Position numbers and translations under genes: made by a program. Of a DNA stretch of 32,000 nucleotides, positions 28,012-32,000 are shown one piece after another. Every line of letters starts with the position of its first letter. Within the stretch, counting starts at the first letter, position 1. The stretch comes from Methanoregula sp. (GTDB lineage Archaea > Halobacteriota > Methanomicrobia > Methanomicrobiales > Methanospirillaceae). The stretch is taken from assembly GCF_003170075.1 (NCBI RefSeq), contig NZ_PMZU01000042.1, positions 10,655 through 42,654 on the forward strand. The letters run 5' to 3'. The notes under the pieces were generated by a model. It was not told the origin of the DNA. It worked only from the letters and a program-made list of their open reading frames with translations, and searched no databases.

Positions 28012-28118
28012 CCCGCCTTAACTCAGCCTGGTAGAGTGCGCGGCTGTAGTATGGTTTGCCTATAAGAGGCAACTGCGCGGCTACCGCGATGTCCCCGGTC
28101 CGAATCCGGGAGGCGGGA
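28012..28118 (+). tRNA. tRNA-Tyr (GTA) with 33-nt intron (28050-28082)
   Basis: Acceptor CCCGCCT/AGGCGGG, C1-G72 typical of archaeal tRNA-Tyr; mature anticodon arm CGCGG-CTGTAGA-CCGCG; T arm CCCGGTCCGAATCCGGG. Confidence 0.92.
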
Positions 28119-28133
28119 TAACTGTAAATGAGT

Positions 28134-28206
28134 GCCCAGGTAGTGTAGCGGCCTATCATGATTGCCTGTCACGCAATCGACTCGGATTCGAATTCCGACC
28201 TGGGCG
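28134..28206 (+). tRNA. tRNA-Asp (GTC)
   Basis: Acceptor GCCCAGG/CCTGGGC, anticodon arm ATTGC-CTGTCAC-GCAAT, T arm TCGGATTCGAATTCCGA. Confidence 0.93.
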
Positions 28207-28320
28207 TCGCTTTTCTCGGGTTAGAATCCCGACAGATCCACAAAGTCCGTCGGCATCCGCTACCTTTTTGAATATGCCGGGGGCACCCATCCGGCATGCA
28301 ACCAAAAAAACAACCGTCAG

Positions 28321-28690
28321 CACGCACCCACCACCAGGGACCGTGCCTTTCACATTCTGAAGCCGAATGCGGTAGAGAAACGTCTCGATTTCGCGATCGA
28401 GAAACAGTGGATCACACCGTACGACTGGGCCCTGATCACCAAGTACATCGACGAGCAGAGAGTGGTTGCCAACATCCAGGCCCCCCGGGCCTTCAAAATC
28501 ATGTCCGTCCTCGTGAACTGGCGCCGGTATATCGGTCTGTTCGAACAGAACACGGCAGACGACATCTACCCGGGGATTACCAAAAGGAAATCGACCGTTT
28601 CCGTGGCAAACCCATCAAACAGAACTCGTTAAGGTATTACGTCACGTTCCTGAAGCGGTTCTATCACTGGTTGATGGAAAGGAAAAATCG
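28321..28690 (+). pseudogene. Remnant of a tyrosine recombinase/integrase N-terminal (SAM-like) domain, frameshifted and truncated
   Basis: Frame A: TTRDRAFHILKPNAVEKRLDFAIEKQWITPYDWALITKYIDEQRVVANIQAPRAFKIMSVLVNWRRYIGLFEQNTADDIYPGITKR, stop at 28630; continues in a second frame from about 28582: QKEIDRFRGKPIKQNSLRYYVTFLKRFYHWLMERKNRKK; no catalytic domain. Confidence 0.75.
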
Positions 28691-28715
28691 GAAAAAGACT
28701 AATTTTTTTGTTTTT

Positions 28716-29531
28716 TCAAGACCCGGGTTTTTCCGGATCGAGCGGGGGATCGTCCGTTTCCTGTTTCTGATCGCCGCCAATTTGGTGCCCACAGACAGGG
28801 CAGATCACCACTTTTTTTTCCTGCATCTCCTCGATAAACCCGGCAGAGAGGATGGCGGTAGGGAGGGCAAAGATCGCAATCCCGGTGATTACCACTATGC
28901 TCCCGATCACTTTCCCGAGCATAGTAACAGGATAAACATCGCCATACCCGATCGTGGCAAGTGTGACGATTGCCCACCACATCGCCGCCGGGATACTCGC
29001 GAACTTCTCCGGCTGGGCATCATGCTCTGCATAGTACATCAGGCTGCTCGCCAACACGAGAACGATAAAGAGGATCGAGAGCACAAGGATCAGCTTTTCT
29101 TTCGACTTTGCGATCACCACTTCGAAGGTCTTCATCGCTTCGGAGTAGCGGCCGAGCTTCATCACCCGGATGAGCCGGAACAACCGCAGGATACGGAGGA
29201 ACCGGAGGTCGACCGGGATAATGGCCGGGATATAGAACGGCAGAAATGATAAGAGATCGATCAGGGCGTATGGTGATACCATATAACGGAGCCGGCCGGT
29301 AACCGGATGGGAGTAGGCCGGGTCGAGGGTGCAGATCCAGAGCCGGATGAAGTATTCGACCGTAAAAATGGCGATCGAGATGATGTCAACAACTATAAAG
29401 AGAAGGGCATATTGCTGGTAGAGCGGCTCGACCGTCTCCAGGATCACCGCCAGTACGTTGACGATAATCAACACGGTCATGAAGTAATTGAAATGCAGGG
29501 CCGCCCCATCACCTTCGGGGGATTGTCCCAT
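28716..29531 (-). CDS. Voltage-gated-like potassium channel (six-TM ion transporter)
   Basis: S4-like DLRFLRILRLFRLIRVMKLGR, selectivity filter ATIGYGDVYP, C-terminal CPVCGHQ. Confidence 0.92.
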   Translation of the reverse strand: MGQSPEGDGAALHFNYFMTVLIIVNVLAVILETVEPLYQQYALLFIVVDIISIAIFTVEYFIRLWICTLDPAYSHPVTGRLRYMVSPYALIDLLSFLPFYIPAIIPVDLRFLRILRLFRLIRVMKLGRYSEAMKTFEVVIAKSKEKLILVLSILFIVLVLASSLMYYAEHDAQPEKFASIPAAMWWAIVTLATIGYGDVYPVTMLGKVIGSIVVITGIAIFALPTAILSAGFIEEMQEKKVVICPVCGHQIGGDQKQETDDPPLDPEKPGS

Positions 29532-29756
29532 CTTCAGGTAAAGGTATTTTTTCAGGGAAAGGAGCGTGGAAATAGGATCACCTGTTTATGAATACAATAC
29601 GGGATTCCGACAGGGAATATTCTGCCAACAGGGAGGCGGTAGCTGAGGAGGGATGCCGGCTGCTCCCGGGATGATCTGCCCGACTACTTGCGTCGGGCAG
29701 TACTGGTTGTTTCATGCGTGTTTTCTCATCGTGCTGTCAGAACTGTGATGGTGTCG

Positions 29757-30378
29757 TTACTCCACCGGGTCTCCGTGATAACCGTGCGCAGCGAGGATGG
29801 TGATCACTGCGGAAACCCATTCCTTGTCGTCGCCATGGCCCAGATCCTGGATGTGGGCAAGGATGTGGCTGTCATGACCGTGGACAGCCGGGGATCCGGC
29901 CCCCGTGGCGTTTCTCAAAGAAGCGTGAGTGTCATTAAACGGGTGAGGGATGTGCGCGATCTTCTCCTTCCAGATCGCGGCCAGGATCTCGTCGTTGGTC
30001 TTGAGTTCGTTAATGCCGATCACCTTTCCCCGTGTTTCGCCGCTCTGGGGATGGTGGATCAGCATCCGGTAGCACTCGAACTCCCGGCAGATAGCGGGCC
30101 GGTTTGGATAAATCGCGCAGGCAAATCCCTTCCCGGCAGGGTTCTTCCGGCTGAAGATACACCCCTTGCGGGCAGGATCGGCTTCTTTGGGATCAGAGTC
30201 GATGAAATCATCCGCGATTTCATCTGCAAATTCAGGTTGTACGTGGACGGGAAAGATCTCGTTGGTAATGCCGTACCGGCAGTAATAATCCCGTTCCGTG
30301 AGCTGCCTCTCGATTTTTATAAATTCGCCAAAACTTGCACAGCACTTCCCGCACCAGTTGCAATCAAATTTCGCCATA
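29757..30378 (-). CDS. YkgJ-family cysteine cluster protein (zinc/iron-chelating domain)
   Basis: FDCNWCGKCCASFGEFIKIERQL...GCIFSRK...CAIYPNRPAICREFECYR; alternative start at 30395. Confidence 0.82.
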
Positions 30379-30597
30379 CCAATTGTCAATCTCATATTGG
30401 GTACTTTATAAAAATTGCGAATTACTCCTAATTATACCCAAATGGGAATATTCTGCCGTTTTCCGCTATTTGTTATTCAGATCTAAAATTACTTAAGATC
30501 TCTTACTTATTATTTATTAAAATAATAACGTTTATAATTATGTAAATAAATTTAGCATAGTATGAAGTACCTGACTTGATAGGGGTTGCTTTGTATT

Positions 30598-32000
30598 TTG
30601 GCGAAACAGGTGCAGGTACATCGCAGGGTTTTGTGCGCGTCTCTTTCTTTTTTAATTCTGATGCTGATAATGATCATTCCGGTTTCAGCAGCTCCGACCG
30701 TAACCGGCATCACGCCGGCAAGTGGAGTCAACACAACAACGGTTTCAATTACGAACCTGACTGGTACGAACTTCGTGTCCGGTGCCAGCGTCATGCTCAC
30801 CCCAAATTCAAACCCCGTCCATAAGGGAAGCATCGTAAACGGTGCCGGCGGCGCTATCCTATCTCAACCGTGGAGCGTGTACGTGTCAGGTAATTATGCG
30901 TATATCGCAGATGCTGGTAGCAACGCGCTGGAGATCGTGGATGTCTCGAACCCGGCAAACCCGATCCATAAGGGTAGCATTAGTAACGGAGCTGGCGGCG
31001 CTCTTATTCAAGAGCCATTTAGCGTCTACGTATCCGGTAATTACGCATATTTAACTTCGATTAGCAATGCGCTGGAGATCGTGGATGTCTCGAACCCGGC
31101 AAACCCGGTCCATAAAGGAAGTATCGTTAACGGAACCGGTGGCGCTCTCCTGAATGGACCGGAAAGCGTCTACGTATCCGGCAATTACGCATATGTAGCA
31201 AGTTCGCAGAGTAACGCGCTGGAGATCGTGGATGTGTCGAACCCGGCAAACCCGGTCCATAAAGGAAGTATCGTTAACGGAACCGGTGGCGCTCTCCTGA
31301 ATGGACCAATTAGCGTCTACATGTCCGGTAATTACGCGTATGTCGCAAGTTTCGATAGCAACGCGCTGGAGATCGTGGATGTCTCGAACCCGGCAAACCC
31401 GGTCCATAAGGGTAGTATTAGTAACGGTGCCGGCGGCGCTCTCCTGAATGGACCAATTAGCGTCTACATGTCCGGGAATTACGCGTATATCGGAAGTGCC
31501 TATAGCAACGCGCTGGAGATCGTGGATGTCTCGAACCCGGCAAGCCCGGTACATAAGGGTAGTATTCGTAACGGAGTTGGCGGCGCTCTCCTGAATAACC
31601 CTAATAGCATCTACGTGTCCGGGAATTACGCGTATGTTGCAAGTTTCAATAGCAACACGCTGGAGATCGTGGATGTCTCGAACCCGGCAGGCCCGGTCCA
31701 TAAGGGTAGCATTAGTCACGGAGCTGGCGGCGCTCTTCTGCATTCTCCAACGGGCGTTTACGTATCCAGCAATTACGCGTATGTCGTAAGTCGGGACAGT
31801 AACTCCCTTGAGATCGTGGATATTGGAACGGTTACCGGAACCAGTGTTACGTGGCAATCATCGACGCAGATGACCTGTACGTTTGATTTGACGAATAAGA
31901 CAGCCGGGCTGTATAATGTGGTGGTTACCAATCCGGACGGGTCGTTCGGCACGCTCGCCAACGGATTCACGGTCATATCACCCCCGATCGTAGCCAGCAT
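30598..32000 (+). CDS. Secreted surface protein: signal peptide, IPT/TIG-like domain and seven LVIVD-like beta-propeller repeats (partial, runs off right edge)
   Basis: TTG start with AGGGG upstream; LAKQVQVHRRVLCASLSFLILMLIMIIPVSAAPTVTGITPASGVN...; repeats SNPAxPVHKGSIxNGxGGALLxxPxSVYVSGNYAYVxSxxSNALEIVDV; open at window edge so absent from the ORF track. Confidence 0.85.
   Translation, partial: MAKQVQVHRRVLCASLSFLILMLIMIIPVSAAPTVTGITPASGVNTTTVSITNLTGTNFVSGASVMLTPNSNPVHKGSIVNGAGGAILSQPWSVYVSGNYAYIADAGSNALEIVDVSNPANPIHKGSISNGAGGALIQEPFSVYVSGNYAYLTSISNALEIVDVSNPANPVHKGSIVNGTGGALLNGPESVYVSGNYAYVASSQSNALEIVDVSNPANPVHKGSIVNGTGGALLNGPISVYMSGNYAYVASFDSNALEIVDVSNPANPVHKGSISNGAGGALLNGPISVYMSGNYAYIGSAYSNALEIVDVSNPASPVHKGSIRNGVGGALLNNPNSIYVSGNYAYVASFNSNTLEIVDVSNPAGPVHKGSISHGAGGALLHSPTGVYVSSNYAYVVSRDSNSLEIVDIGTVTGTSVTWQSSTQMTCTFDLTNKTAGLYNVVVTNPDGSFGTLANGFTVISPPIVAS
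30806..31821 (+). repeat. Seven tandem near-identical units, period 147 bp (first interval 144 bp), coding
   Basis: GTGGAT(G/A)T of the unit core EIVDV/I recurs at 30937, 31081, 31228, 31375, 31522, 31669 and 31816. Confidence 0.95.

Noticed and set aside
28296-29249. 317-aa plus-strand ORF from the track
   Set aside because: Composite: only a short central segment (KEIDRF...HWLMERK) matches the integrase remnant; the rest is antisense to the K+ channel or out of frame.
30806-31821. Regular repeats as a CRISPR-like array
   Set aside because: The period is 147/144 bp, the units are contiguous and in-frame coding with no spacer structure.
31051-31857. 268-aa minus-strand repetitive ORF
   Set aside because: Its repeats mirror the 147-bp coding repeats on the plus strand, where signal peptide, RBS and LVIVD-like units support the real frame.

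Overview
This is a gene-dense euryarchaeal chromosomal window. Gene content (HdrA-like protein, geranylgeranyl-type prenyltransferase, DUF116, archaeal informational superoperon) suggests a methanogen of the Methanomicrobiales, which is an inference. Most of it is ordinary: an ABC efflux pair, tRNA/nucleotide/cofactor metabolism, pyrBI, mtnA, a PUA/NAC/DHH translation-related block, and the superoperon rpl15e-rnp3-rnp2-psmA-SBDS-rpl37ae-rpoP-pcc1-pfdB. There are four tRNAs: Glu(CTC), Arg(CCT), Tyr(GTA) with a 33-nt intron, and Asp(GTC). The most interesting items are: (1) a secreted protein at the right edge in which exactly seven near-identical 48/49-aa LVIVD-like units (147-bp DNA period) appear to be inserted inside one IPT/TIG-like domain; (2) a frameshifted, truncated tyrosine-recombinase N-terminal remnant just downstream of tRNA-Tyr/tRNA-Asp, with a second T-arm-like sequence; (3) the superoperon lacking rrp4/rrp41/rrp42 between SBDS and rpl37ae; (4) a hairpin plus T-tract inside that superoperon. 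I found no CRISPR array, intact mobile element or convincing new defence system.
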